Position numbers and translations under genes: made by a program
Shown here: one piece after another, positions 27,659 to 38,751 of the stretch
How the letters are laid out: each line of letters starts with the position of its first letter
How positions within the stretch are numbered: the first letter of the stretch is position 1
The notes under the pieces: generated by a model
Databases searched by the model: none
Told to the model about the DNA's origin: nothing
Seen by the model: only the letters and a program-made list of their open reading frames with translations
Assembly (NCBI GenBank): GCA_964611635.1
Contig: CAZTAS010000001.1
Span: forward strand, 25,922-89,921
Source: an uncultured Thermodesulfobacteriota bacterium
GTDB taxonomy: Bacteria > Desulfobacterota > JAFDED01
DNA length: 64,000 bases
Reading direction: 5' to 3'

Positions 27659-30600
27659 TCAAGCCAGCCACACACTTCCGCTCTCCAGTGACTCGCGAAG
27701 CTCCTGGATTACGTTTTCGTCCGGACTTACCCGAAATGCATCGCCCAGTGAAATGATCCCTTCCCACTCTTGGGGACACACAAGGTGAATGATGGTCTGA
27801 CATTTTCCCGGGTTTTGTGTGATAATTTCTTTTATACGCGCAGCATGCTTCCTGTTAAAATTCTCCTCAAACTCCTTGATATGAACAGCGGTTGCCTCTC
27901 GCTTCATGGCTTTATCCAGCGGGCTTATCTCAGAGGCAATGAGCTTGATCCCGCCCTCGCCGCCGGCTTCCACCCTTGCCTCCACCAACAGGGGGGTGCC
28001 TTTTTCCAGAAATGCGGATACCTTATTGAACTCCCGCGCATAAACAATTGTTTCCACAGACCCTTTAAGGTCCTCCAGGGTCACAAACGCCATGCGCTCT
28101 CCACGGCGGTCGATTTTCTCTTTGACCTCGCCGACCATGGCAACCAGCTTGATGGTCTGTCCATCCAATTCATCATTCAGAGTAGAGGTGTCCCAAGATG
28201 ACAGCCTATGCATTTCCTTTTGATAGGGCTCCAAAGGGTGACCGCTGATGTAGAGCCCTAAAGCTTCTTTCTCAAACTTCAGGCGCTGATCCTCCGGCCA
28301 TTCCTCCACATCAGTTAAAGCCAGCTCATTGTCGAAATCTTTTCGGCTCTTAGAAAAGCTCGCGAACATACTAATCTGGCCATTTTGCCGATCTCGCTGA
28401 AATGTCTGCGCTTTCTCCATGGCGTCATCCAGCATCGCCATGAGTTGAGATCTGCGAGCCCCGGTGCTGTCGAAGGCACCGCACTTTATAAGACTTTCAA
28501 GTACGCGGCGATTAACATGGCGCAGATCAATGCGTTCGCAGAAATCGTAAAGGGAGCGGAAGGGCCCGCCCTCTTTCCTGGCGTCGAAGATTGAGCTCAA
28601 AGCCCCACTCCCTACGTTTTTGACGGCGGCAAGCCCGAAGCGAATACGGCCCTCCCTGACCGTGAACTCGCTATTGCTCTCATTGATATCAGGCGGTAGC
28701 ACCTTGATATCCATGCCCCTACATTCGTCCATATAACGGATCATCTTATCCGTGTTGTCTTTCTCACTAGTAAGCATTGCCGCCATGAATTCAACAGGAT
28801 AATGCGCTTTCAGGAAGGCGGTCTGGTAAGCAATCAATGCATAGGCAGCACTGTGGGACTTATTAAACCCGTATCCGGCGAAGTGGGCCATTAAATCGAA
28901 TATCCGCTCAGCCTTTTCTTTTTCAATCCCCTTTTTCTTTGCACCTTGCAAGAATTTCTCTCCCTGGGAAGCCATCTCCTCAGGGATCTTTTTGCCCATG
29001 GCCCGGCGCAGTATGTCAGCGTCACCAAGAGAGAAATCCGCCACCATGCTGGCGATCTTCATGACCTGTTCCTGGTATACGATAACTCCATAAGTATCGC
29101 GCAGCACTTCATCCAGCATGGATATTTCGTAAGTAATTTCTTTTTTCCCGTGCTTGCGATCGATAAAGTCATCTACCATGCCGCTCTGAAGAGGTCCAGG
29201 CCGGTAAAGGGCATTCAATGCGATAAGATCATGGAAATTCTCGGGTTTCAACTTGATCATGATCTCTTTCATGCCCGAGCTCTCCAGTTGGAATATCCCG
29301 TTGGTTTGTCCGCCGGCCAGCAGCTCATATGTCTTTTTATCATCGAGGGGAATCTCGTCGATGGAAAGACGCTTTCCGATCTTTTGCTGGATAAGCCGGA
29401 CGGTGTCTTCCATCACGGTAAGGGTGCGGAGACCCAGGAAGTCGAATTTCACGAGGCCCACTTTTTCAAGGGACTTCATATCATACTGGGTGACCAGCTC
29501 CTCGTTATTGCCGAGATACAGGGGGGTATATTCCACGATCTCCTTGTCAGCGATAACGACGCCCGCGGCATGGGTTGAGGCATGACGCTGTAAGCCCTCG
29601 AGAACCCTGGCAATGGTGAGAAGTTCCCGAACTCGTGGGTTTTCCTTTTCCACATCTCGCAGACGTGGTTCCATCTGGACGGCCTTATCCAAAGTCATAT
29701 GGATGGCGGAAGGAACCATCTTGGCAATGCGATCCACATCCGGATAACTCATATTCAGAGCGCGTCCTACGTCTCGGATCACCGCGCGCGCCTGCATAGT
29801 TCCAAAAGTGGTAATTTGCGCCACGCGGTCTTCCCCATATTTTTTCGCAACATAAGCGATAACCTCATCCCTTCCATCTTTGCAAAAATCAATATCGAAA
29901 TCGGGCATGCTGACACGTTCGGGATTTAAAAATCTTTCAAAAAGGAGTCCATAGGGGATGGGATCCAAGTTGGTGATTTTCAGCGCATAAGCAACCAGGC
30001 TCCCTGCCCCGGATCCTCGACCGGGACCCACGGGGATGTTGCGCGATCGGGCGTACCGAATAAAGTCGGCCACAATGAGGAAATAGCTGGCGTATCCCAT
30101 GCGGCATATGATTTGGAGCTCCTCTTTCAGCCTATTTCTGTATAATGGTTCCTGGTTTTGAAATGCCTCCCCGCATTGTTGAGACAATACTGCTAGACGT
30201 TCTTCCAGTCCTTTTTCAGCCTCACGGGTCAGTCGGCTCTCCAGGGTTTCACCACGCTCAAGGGCGAAGAAAGGAAGATGGGTGGTCTTAAAATCAATCT
30301 CAAGATTGCACTGCTCGGCGATGTAGAGGGTATTACTGGTGGCGTTGGGAATATCAGCGAAAAGAGCTATCATCTCTTCTGGGGGTTTGAAATAAAACTG
30401 GTCAGTAGGAAAACGCATGCGGTCCTGATCATCCACCGTTTTGCCAGTCTGGATACAGAGCAAAATTTCATGGGCCCGGGCGTCCTCCTTCCTCAAGTAA
30501 TGACAATCATTGGTAGCAACCACAGGCAATGATAGCTCATTGCTCAATTTTAATAGTCCCCGATTCGCCTTCTCCTGCTCGGGCATTCCATTCTTTTGCA

Positions 30601-31132
30601 ATTCCAGATAAAATCTTTTGTGATTGAATATCTCCGATAGCTCACCTGCTGCCTGACGAGCACGCCTCATATTGCCGTCAAGCACATGGTGTGGTACCTC
30701 GCCTTGAAGACAAGCGCTCAGCGCGATGAGTCCCCGATTATGCTGTTGAAGCAGTTCTTTATCAACTCGAGGCCTGTAGTAGAATCCCTCCAGGTAACCA
30801 CTGGTAACTAATCGCAGGAGGTTGCGGTATCCCTCATAATTCTTTACCAATAAGATGAGATGGTAATAAGGCTCGTGGCCGGGACGAAATGTGCGCTCAC
30901 TTCGCCGTTCAGGAGCTACGTAAACCTCACAACCGATGATCGGTTTTATACCTGCCTCAAAGGCCTGTCTGTAAAAATAGATGGCACCAAATAGGCTTCC
31001 GTGATCTGTGATGGCAAGAGCAGGCATGAGATGGGACTTTGCCATCTGGAAGAGATCTTCCAGGCGGATGGCTCCATCTAAGAGGCTGTATTGAGTGTGA
31101 ACGTGTAGATGAACAAATTCAGAATGCTTCAT
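27659..31132 (-). CDS. dnaE: DNA polymerase III subunit alpha
   Basis: 1157 aa. The PHP domain begins FVHLHVHTQYSLLDGA. The polymerase core has GPGRGSGAGSLVAYAL and PDFDIDF. An OB-fold C-terminus is present. Confidence 0.97.
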   Translation of the reverse strand: MKHSEFVHLHVHTQYSLLDGAIRLEDLFQMAKSHLMPALAITDHGSLFGAIYFYRQAFEAGIKPIIGCEVYVAPERRSERTFRPGHEPYYHLILLVKNYEGYRNLLRLVTSGYLEGFYYRPRVDKELLQQHNRGLIALSACLQGEVPHHVLDGNMRRARQAAGELSEIFNHKRFYLELQKNGMPEQEKANRGLLKLSNELSLPVVATNDCHYLRKEDARAHEILLCIQTGKTVDDQDRMRFPTDQFYFKPPEEMIALFADIPNATSNTLYIAEQCNLEIDFKTTHLPFFALERGETLESRLTREAEKGLEERLAVLSQQCGEAFQNQEPLYRNRLKEELQIICRMGYASYFLIVADFIRYARSRNIPVGPGRGSGAGSLVAYALKITNLDPIPYGLLFERFLNPERVSMPDFDIDFCKDGRDEVIAYVAKKYGEDRVAQITTFGTMQARAVIRDVGRALNMSYPDVDRIAKMVPSAIHMTLDKAVQMEPRLRDVEKENPRVRELLTIARVLEGLQRHASTHAAGVVIADKEIVEYTPLYLGNNEELVTQYDMKSLEKVGLVKFDFLGLRTLTVMEDTVRLIQQKIGKRLSIDEIPLDDKKTYELLAGGQTNGIFQLESSGMKEIMIKLKPENFHDLIALNALYRPGPLQSGMVDDFIDRKHGKKEITYEISMLDEVLRDTYGVIVYQEQVMKIASMVADFSLGDADILRRAMGKKIPEEMASQGEKFLQGAKKKGIEKEKAERIFDLMAHFAGYGFNKSHSAAYALIAYQTAFLKAHYPVEFMAAMLTSEKDNTDKMIRYMDECRGMDIKVLPPDINESNSEFTVREGRIRFGLAAVKNVGSGALSSIFDARKEGGPFRSLYDFCERIDLRHVNRRVLESLIKCGAFDSTGARRSQLMAMLDDAMEKAQTFQRDRQNGQISMFASFSKSRKDFDNELALTDVEEWPEDQRLKFEKEALGLYISGHPLEPYQKEMHRLSSWDTSTLNDELDGQTIKLVAMVGEVKEKIDRRGERMAFVTLEDLKGSVETIVYAREFNKVSAFLEKGTPLLVEARVEAGGEGGIKLIASEISPLDKAMKREATAVHIKEFEENFNRKHAARIKEIITQNPGKCQTIIHLVCPQEWEGIISLGDAFRVSPDENVIQELRESLESGSVWLA

Positions 31133-31263
31133 TGCTCGTAGACCCGCAATAAAAAACCAACTCCCTTAGTTAATCCACATCGATTTTATTTATCACTTCG
31201 TCTGAATGGTCTGATTCTTCTCCCCGCAGCGCCCTGAATTATGTCCCGAGTCGCGTTGCAACT

Positions 31264-32718
31264 CTAATCTAAACGATAATTTGGAGCCTCTTTGGTGATG
31301 ATTACGTCGTGTACGTGACTTTCTCGCAGGCCGGCTGAGGTAATGCGGATAAACTTAGCTTTTTGCCATAACTCGGGGATGGTGCGGCATCCCACGTAAC
31401 CCATTCCAGCACGGAGGCCACCCATAAGTTGAAAGACGGTGGAGGAGAGAGACCCTTTATAAGGGACGCGACCCACAATGCCTTCAGGAACAAGCTTTAC
31501 TTCGCTTTCCTCGTCGTATTGACCATATCGATCTTTGCTCCCCTCTTTCATGGCCTCGATGGAACCCATACCACGATAAACTTTATAGCTACGTCCTTGG
31601 TACAGGATCATCTCCCCAGGGCTTTCGTCTGTCCCTGCGAAAAGAGAGCCGATCATGACGCTGCTGGCACCAGCGGCCAGAACCTTGGTGATATCGCCGG
31701 AATATTTAATACCTCCATCGGCGATCACAGGTATGCCCCGTTTTTGGGCCACGCGAAACACCTCCATGACCGCGGTAATTTGGGGAACGCCCACTCCGGC
31801 AACAACGCGGGTTGTGCAAATCGATCCTGGCCCAACACCAACCTTGACAGCGCTGACTCCCGCTTCGATCTGCGCTAAGGCTCCTTCTGGAGTGGCCACA
31901 TTGCCCCCAATTAATCGACAATTCGGAAAGTTGTTCTTGATGTCTCGGATGGCTTCCAAAACACCTCTAGAATGTCCATGAGAGGAGTCAATCACAATAA
32001 CATCGACGCCCGCACGCAAAAGTGCTTCAGTACGGGCATTACGGAGCGCACCTGCCTCCACCGCTGCTCCGCACCGGAGCCGCCCCATCTCGTCCTTTGA
32101 GGCGTTGGGATATTTCAGGGCTTTTTCTATATCTTTGATGGTGATAAGACCCTTCAGGTTATTGTCTTTATCCACGACAAGCAGTTTTTCGATTCTATGT
32201 TTATGGAGCTGCTTTTTGGAGCTCTCCAGATCAATCCCCTCATGAACAGTCACCAGATTCTCTTTTGTCATCAGATTGGCGATCGGTTGATTCGGATTAG
32301 TCTCGAATCGCAAATCGCGATTGGTTAAGATTCCCACCAATTTGCCATTCTTTGTGATGGGCACGCCCGAAATTCGATACCTTTTCATGACCTCTAGGGC
32401 TTCATATACATTCTGCTCAGGCTCCATTGTGATGGGATCCACGATCATTCCACTCTCGGACTTCTTGACTTTGTCAACCTCTGAAACCTGAGCATTGATG
32501 TTCATATTCTTGTGAATGATTCCGATTCCCCCCTCCCTTGCCATTGTGATGGCCGTATCAGCCTCGGTGACTGTGTCCATTGCAGCGCTAATGAGGGGAA
32601 TTTTCAGTAATATGTCCCTGCAAAGGGAAGTGGAAAGATCCGCATCCTTAGGCAGGATGTCAGATTCCGCAGGAACTAGCAATACATCATCAAATGTCAG
32701 GCTTTCTGGGATATTCAA
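31264..32718 (-). CDS. guaB: Inosine-5'-monophosphate dehydrogenase
   Basis: [10 protein letters not shown], a CBS pair insert, catalytic GPGSICTTR, and GGIKYSGD are present. Confidence 0.97.
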   Translation of the reverse strand: MNIPESLTFDDVLLVPAESDILPKDADLSTSLCRDILLKIPLISAAMDTVTEADTAITMAREGGIGIIHKNMNINAQVSEVDKVKKSESGMIVDPITMEPEQNVYEALEVMKRYRISGVPITKNGKLVGILTNRDLRFETNPNQPIANLMTKENLVTVHEGIDLESSKKQLHKHRIEKLLVVDKDNNLKGLITIKDIEKALKYPNASKDEMGRLRCGAAVEAGALRNARTEALLRAGVDVIVIDSSHGHSRGVLEAIRDIKNNFPNCRLIGGNVATPEGALAQIEAGVSAVKVGVGPGSICTTRVVAGVGVPQITAVMEVFRVAQKRGIPVIADGGIKYSGDITKVLAAGASSVMIGSLFAGTDESPGEMILYQGRSYKVYRGMGSIEAMKEGSKDRYGQYDEESEVKLVPEGIVGRVPYKGSLSSTVFQLMGGLRAGMGYVGCRTIPELWQKAKFIRITSAGLRESHVHDVIITKEAPNYRLD

Positions 32719-33753
32719 GGTTTCAACCTCCTGAATAGAAAAATCTCAAGATCACTCAAACCCTATCGCATTTTTCATATAAAAAACCCATTTGGATGAA
32801 TGTGAAAATGTCTCACGCATAAGTTGGAAGCCTTTCTATGCGTTTATAAGCGCCACAAATCAGAATAACTAAGGAAAGTTTTTATTAGAGATTTTTAATT
32901 TATGATATCAAAGATAATGAGGTTTTTCAATCAAAAACCGACCCATTAAAAAATAGATTCCCGAATTGTATCAAATATTTTTTAATGCTTGCTGCTCCTG
33001 TTATCATTTATTGACCTATTTCTTACTGCAAAGATTTAATACAGAATCAGTCATCTCGAAAACTGGATTCTCTTTTTTTTAAGTGCTTTCAGTTATACAA
33101 GTAAATTTCTGTAGCTCCCTCCTCCCTCTGTGGGGATAGAGGGAATTCAGATATCCCACGCCCCTTGAGGGGTAATAGATGACAATTATGTAGAACACCA
33201 GAAACATCTGCTAACGGGCTTTTAATTGCTGAATGGAGCGCAAAAAAATATTACGGAGTTGAAAAGGAGCGGCCTGACAAATGATCTCGATGTTGATAAT
33301 CAGGATGCAATTGACTAAATTAGGCGATCAAAAAAGTTTTCCCGAAGCCTTTAGAAGCACGGAAGATCAAAAACAGAGACCATCCACCAGATCACACGAG
33401 AGGGAATTAAATGGGAGGTTGATGAGGGCCAGGGTTACATGGTGTCAAGTGAGAGTGATAACATCCCCGGTTTTGCAAAGTATGATCCCAAACGATATTG
33501 CGCCCCTTGAGAGCTATCACGGACTAATCAATAGTCTCAATGATGAATGAAAGCTTTGTTTGCGAAAGTTCCCGGGTTTAAATGGTAGTATTCTAGAAGC
33601 TATCGGATAACTTGCGTATATCGAATTAGAGGAGGAATTGCGTGAATTACATCTCTGGGCATTCTCCGCGTGCTTAATTTATGGTGGCCAAATTATAAAA
33701 TGGAGGTAATTTTGAGAATCTTTATTATTTTTGAACCACGCGGGTGAAATCTC

Positions 33754-34149
33754 TTATCTCCAGGTTCCATTCCTTTTTCGTCGCAGCTCTATGTATTCGA
33801 CCCTGCCATGACCACCGACGAGGACGTTCAACATAAATGAAATAACGGAAATCAGAACGGATCCCACGACAGCGCTCCAGAACCCGGTCACCCGGAATCC
33901 TTCCACCAATCCAGAAACCATCCACAAAATCAGTCCATTAATCAGCAGAATAAAAAAGCCAAAAGTCAGGAGAGATACCGGCAAGGTCAGAATAATAAAG
34001 ATAGGCCGGAGAAAAGCGTTGAATAGCCCAAGAACGAACGCGGCTGCCACGGCGCTCCATAAATCGCTGACTTCAACACCTCTGAGTAGATGAGAGACCA
34101 GTATGATAGAAAGAGTTAACAGAGACCATCTTAGCAAGAATCCGCGCAC
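33754..34149 (-). CDS. Phage holin 4_2 family (4-TMS) membrane protein
   Basis: 131 aa with a GTG start and four hydrophobic helices. The pattern GLFNAFLRPIFIILTLPVSLLTFGFFILLINGLILW is typical of this widespread family. No phage genes are nearby. Confidence 0.6.
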   Translation of the reverse strand: MRGFLLRWSLLTLSIILVSHLLRGVEVSDLWSAVAAAFVLGLFNAFLRPIFIILTLPVSLLTFGFFILLINGLILWMVSGLVEGFRVTGFWSAVVGSVLISVISFMLNVLVGGHGRVEYIELRRKRNGTWR

Positions 34150-34205
34150 CCACTCCCTCCATCAACTGCGGGAAGCCCAGAACACTTTTTGATATATTTC
34201 AGCGC

Positions 34206-35198
34206 TCAGAGTTTGCGAATTTCTCTTACCCGCCAGCACCTTGACCAGTGTTCATGTGTGATCTCCTCCCATGGTGGTGGCGGCTCAACACGGCATTTAT
34301 CGATGACATATGGGCAACGCGTGTTAAAGTGACAACCCGCCGGTGGGCTGATGGGACTGGGTACATCCCCTTCCAAGATGATCCTCTGCCTCATAACGGT
34401 GGGATCGGGAATGGGGCATGCGGAGAGCAAAGCCTCGGAGTAAGGATGATAGGGTGAAATATAAAGATTAGTGCCTGAGGCCAATTCAACAACACGTCCC
34501 AGATACATAACGGCCACCCGATTGCTGATATGCTCCACAACGCTCAGATCGTGTGCAATGAATAAATAAGTTAACCGGAATTCTTTCTGTAAGTCTTCCA
34601 GGAGATTGATAACTTGGGATTGAATTGAGACATCCAGAGCCGAGACCGGTTCGTCGCATACAATGAGCTTTGGATTCAGGGCCAGGGCTCTCGCAATGCC
34701 AATTCGTTGTCTCTGGCCACCGCTGAACTCATGCGGGTATCTGTTGTAATGCTCCGGACGAAGTCCAACAACATCCATCAGTCTCAGAACCTTCTCTTGG
34801 CGCTCTTTCTTAGCAGCAATCTTGTGTATAATAAAGGGTTCTCCGATGATACTTCCCACTGTTTTGCGAGGATTAAGGGAAGAGTACGGATCTTGGAAAA
34901 TAATTTGCATTTGTCGCCGGAGCATCCGAAGTTTATTCCGGTCATAATTCAGGATGTTCTCACCTTCAAACATGATTTCTCCGTCTGTAGGCTCGTCCAG
35001 GCGTAGAATTACCCGACCCAGCGTGGTTTTGCCGCATCCGCTCTCTCCGACCAGACCTAAGGTTTCTCCTCGGCGAATATATAGATCCACACCGTCTACC
35101 GCCTTTACCCAGCCTACTGTGCGGGAAAAAATCCCTCCGGAGATGGAAAAATACTTTTTCAGGTTTTTTACTTCAACCAGTATCTCGTTCCTATCCAT
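34206..35198 (-). CDS. oppF: Oligopeptide/dipeptide ABC transporter ATP-binding protein (OppF/DppF-type)
   Basis: Walker [10 protein letters not shown], signature FSGGQRQR, Walker [12 protein letters not shown], and a C-terminal oligopeptide-ATPase extension with Cys residues. Confidence 0.85.
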   Translation of the reverse strand: MDRNEILVEVKNLKKYFSISGGIFSRTVGWVKAVDGVDLYIRRGETLGLVGESGCGKTTLGRVILRLDEPTDGEIMFEGENILNYDRNKLRMLRRQMQIIFQDPYSSLNPRKTVGSIIGEPFIIHKIAAKKERQEKVLRLMDVVGLRPEHYNRYPHEFSGGQRQRIGIARALALNPKLIVCDEPVSALDVSIQSQVINLLEDLQKEFRLTYLFIAHDLSVVEHISNRVAVMYLGRVVELASGTNLYISPYHPYSEALLSACPIPDPTVMRQRIILEGDVPSPISPPAGCHFNTRCPYVIDKCRVEPPPPWEEITHEHWSRCWRVREIRKL

Positions 35199-35209
35199 AA
35201 TCCCTTATC

Positions 35210-36277
35210 CTAACTATTTGATAATTCTTTGGGTGGGGGCAGATGCAACCAGCAACGGACCAAATGGTCTTGTTTTGAACCGTTGGATGGAGGAGCCAGT
35301 GGAGGTTCCCATTTATTGCACGGTTCGTGGACGTTCGGGCATCGGTCGTTGAACCTGCATCCCACTGGCAACTCCAGAAGACTTGGTACGATCCCTGCGA
35401 TGGTATTAAGCCGACTTTTTTTTATTGCAGCATGATCCACGCGAGGGATCGAAGTCAATAGCCCAATAGTGTATGGATGCAAGGGTTCTCCGAATAGAGT
35501 CCGAATATCGGCATTTTCCACCACCACACCGGCGTACATGACGGATACACTCTTTGCCATTTCCGCAATCACGCCCAGGTTATGGGTAATGAGGATAATG
35601 GAAGTCCCCACCTCTTCTTTCAACTTGTTCATTAAGTCAAGGATCTGGGCTTGTATGGTCACATCTAGTGCGGTTGTAGGCTCATCAGCAAGCATAAGCT
35701 TGGGGTTGCAGGACAGGGCCATAGCGATCATAACGCGTTGCCGCATTCCTCCGCTGAGCTGATGTGGATAATCCTTGACCCTTTTCTCCGGTGAAGGAAT
35801 CCCCACCAGCTTGAGCATCTCCACCGATCGATCCAGCGCCTCTTTTTTCGACACCTGCTGGTGGAGCTGTATTGCCTCGGCAATCTGGTTGCCGACCCGG
35901 AACACGGGGTTGAGAGATGTCATGGGCTCCTGGAATATCATGGAGATCTCGTTGCCCCGGATCTTCCGCATTTCATGCTCTTTGAGCTTAGTCAGATCCC
36001 CTCGATCGGCAAAATTGATTTCACCGCTCACGATTTTCCCCGGCGGCTGAGGGATTAGCCTCATGATGGACAAGGCCGTCACGCTTTTTCCGCATCCGGA
36101 TTCCCCCACAACACCCAGCGTTTCGCCCTCGTGAAGGGTCAGCGACACATCGTCAACCGCCCGTGCGACCCCTTCATCAGTGAAAAAATAGGTCTTCAGG
36201 CCTTTGATTTCCAGAAGAACGCCGTTGCCTTTCTCGTTCATAGCTTTCCTATTGTCCCTTTCCATAGTCCTGATCAA
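35210..36277 (-). CDS. oppD: Oligopeptide/dipeptide ABC transporter ATP-binding protein (OppD/DppD-type)
   Basis: [28 protein letters not shown] and a C-terminal extension are present. The true start may be the internal MNEKGNG... Confidence 0.85.
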   Translation of the reverse strand: MIRTMERDNRKAMNEKGNGVLLEIKGLKTYFFTDEGVARAVDDVSLTLHEGETLGVVGESGCGKSVTALSIMRLIPQPPGKIVSGEINFADRGDLTKLKEHEMRKIRGNEISMIFQEPMTSLNPVFRVGNQIAEAIQLHQQVSKKEALDRSVEMLKLVGIPSPEKRVKDYPHQLSGGMRQRVMIAMALSCNPKLMLADEPTTALDVTIQAQILDLMNKLKEEVGTSIILITHNLGVIAEMAKSVSVMYAGVVVENADIRTLFGEPLHPYTIGLLTSIPRVDHAAIKKSRLNTIAGIVPSLLELPVGCRFNDRCPNVHEPCNKWEPPLAPPSNGSKQDHLVRCWLHLPPPKELSNS

Positions 36278-36468
36278 CAGAATATTGCATCTTCATACCC
36301 GCCCTTCCCTTTATGGAAAGGATAAATAATCCAAAAATTATTTAATGGAATGATTTATACATTATTAAGATTCTTTGAGTCAAGTAAAAATCGCAAGATT
36401 CAATAAATTGTGTGCTAAATTAAATCCTCTTTTTTCATCATTTTTTTTCCCGAAGGCTTACCCGCGGT

Positions 36469-37875
36469 TCAGTCCCCTACCTGCCCTCCCACCACGATGT
36501 CAGGTATGCGCAAAGTGGGCTGACCATCAGAAACCGGCACCCCTTGGCCTCCCTTGCCGCACGTGCCGAGGGAGAATCCCAGGTCATTGCCCATGCGATC
36601 GATCTCCTTAAGAACCCGGGGACCGTTGCCGGTCAACGTGGCCCCGCGAACAGCCTGCCCAACCTTTCCTCTTTCAATCAGATAACCTTCGCTGACCTCG
36701 AAGACAAAATCTCCATTGACCGTGTTTACCTGGCCGCCGCCCATTCTGACCACGTATAGCCCATGGTAAGTGTCATGCAAGATTGCCTCCGGTGTCTCGC
36801 TTCCCGACGCGATATAAGTATTGGTCATCCGGCATATGGGCTGAAATCGGTAAGATTGGCGGCGCCCGTTGCCTGTGGAACGAGCACACGATTTTTCGGC
36901 GCGGAGTCGATCATACAAAAAACTCTTAAGTACACCCTTTTCCACCAGCATTGTTCTTTGTGCCGGCGTACCTTCATCGTCAAAGGCAAATGATCCTCGG
37001 TGGTTTGGCAGAGTGGCATCATCAAACACAGTGATGAGAGGAGAAGCGATGAGATCGTCCAAGTGGCCTGAATACACCGACATGCCCTCCAGAGCGGTAT
37101 CCGCCTCCAGCCCGTGACCTATCGCCTCATGGATCATGGTGCCACCCGCCTCGCTTGAGAGCACTACTGCCATTCGTCCCCCTGGGGCTCTCGGTGCCTC
37201 AAGCATTGTTATTGCTCGGGAGGCGGTCAAGCGGGCCACATCCTCTGGTGGATGCCTATCAAAGAGCTCGAATCCCATACAACCTCCCACCGGTTCGTAA
37301 GCTGTCTGATAAACATCCTTTTCGGCTGCAATTGCATGGACCGCCAAGATCAAACTTTCGCGATGGTCCTCAGCAAGGCTCCCTTCGGAATTGGCCATGA
37401 CCACATCCTGGATGATGTCCATATATATGATCCGGGCTTGTCGAATTCGTCGATCATGACCCCTAGCCGCCCTGTTAGCCCGTTCCACTATTTGAAGCTT
37501 CTCTTGGAGGGGCACATGCATTACTGTCTTCACGGGAGTGCATACGAAGGGGGCTTCCCTGCGCGTCAGGTCCAGAATACTATTTTTCCCTTCTCCCTTC
37601 AATGCTCGGCTGGCGCTTCGGGCCGCCTCATATATGCTTTTCTGTGAAAGGTCGTTGGTATAAGCATAGGCTGATCTTAAATTTCGAATAACACGAATGC
37701 CCACACCCGTATCCAGGCCTGTCACGATTTTCTCGATGCGGTCATCCTCGCATACGATATTGGTCGCCCACCGGCGTTCCAGAAAAATATCCGCAAATTC
37801 GCCTCCTTCTGAAAGGCCGATTTGAAGGATTTTGCTGAAATCTATGTCGATCTCTATCGCCATTGTCACGAGCAA
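36469..37875 (-). CDS. tldD: TldD-family metalloprotease
   Basis: 468 aa with the HEAIGHGLEAD motif, GNGRR, and GTCGKGGQ near the C-terminus. Confidence 0.85.
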   Translation of the reverse strand: MLVTMAIEIDIDFSKILQIGLSEGGEFADIFLERRWATNIVCEDDRIEKIVTGLDTGVGIRVIRNLRSAYAYTNDLSQKSIYEAARSASRALKGEGKNSILDLTRREAPFVCTPVKTVMHVPLQEKLQIVERANRAARGHDRRIRQARIIYMDIIQDVVMANSEGSLAEDHRESLILAVHAIAAEKDVYQTAYEPVGGCMGFELFDRHPPEDVARLTASRAITMLEAPRAPGGRMAVVLSSEAGGTMIHEAIGHGLEADTALEGMSVYSGHLDDLIASPLITVFDDATLPNHRGSFAFDDEGTPAQRTMLVEKGVLKSFLYDRLRAEKSCARSTGNGRRQSYRFQPICRMTNTYIASGSETPEAILHDTYHGLYVVRMGGGQVNTVNGDFVFEVSEGYLIERGKVGQAVRGATLTGNGPRVLKEIDRMGNDLGFSLGTCGKGGQGVPVSDGQPTLRIPDIVVGGQVGD

Positions 37876-38751
37876 ATTGACCTGAAAACGCCGCCTGAGA
37901 TTGTTTGCGGAAATACAAGCTTCATACTTCGGGAAGCGAACATTTAAAGAGAGTTAAACTGATGGATCTCAATCTGAAAATAAATTTCAACCCCTTGCAT
38001 CTCACCAAGAGTTTCAATTCTTGCATATCATATTGCCTTGAAAACCCGGGTGGATTGAAGTCATTCACCACATTAAGTGTTGATGAAATTGACGGAAAGA
38101 AGTATTGGGGAATGGTTACTTCATCCAGGTTGGATATCCTTGATGGCAAGAAAACCTTCCCCCCATTTTTTGACTAGCAATTTTATTCTAACAAACATTT
38201 TTTCTTTGTCAAGAAGAGAAAGTTGGAGGGAATTTGAAAAGCAACGTCGGTTTTATTATTGAAAATTGTTAAATAAAGTAAAAGCTGTCGGTGTGAACTT
38301 ATTCATTTGCGATGGACCTTTTACTTCCTCGCGGGGCTTTTTTCCGTTGTATCCAATTGTATTCAAATGTATAAATAAGATATATGTATCAATGAATTTT
38401 ATAGATTTCAATATTGGTTGATAAATCTTAGGGAAAAGGCCTGGGATCAAGTTATTTTTTTGTGTAAAGCTATTCATATGCCGGACTAATGATCCAAGGG
38501 GTTAGCATTATTAGACAAAACTTTAAATCCAAGGAACGTTGGAAAATTTTACTTATGAAACATTCGTGGTGACCATGCTGCAACTTTGACATGATCGGTG
38601 ATAAAATGCCCCGTGGGTCTTATTATCTGAGCTGGTGATGGTTGCAATCGGCGATCATTGAGGCTTTTGTAGCATAGATTTAGACTTTATCACTGTAGAG
38701 AAGAACTTAAAGAACAAAAAGTTTAATGCTTGTGCCTGAGAAAAAATTCGA

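Noticed and set aside
33281-33550. 89-aa ORF in the gap upstream of guaB.
   Set aside because: It has no SD sequence, an arbitrary-looking composition and no motifs. I treated it as non-coding; see the finding on the gap.
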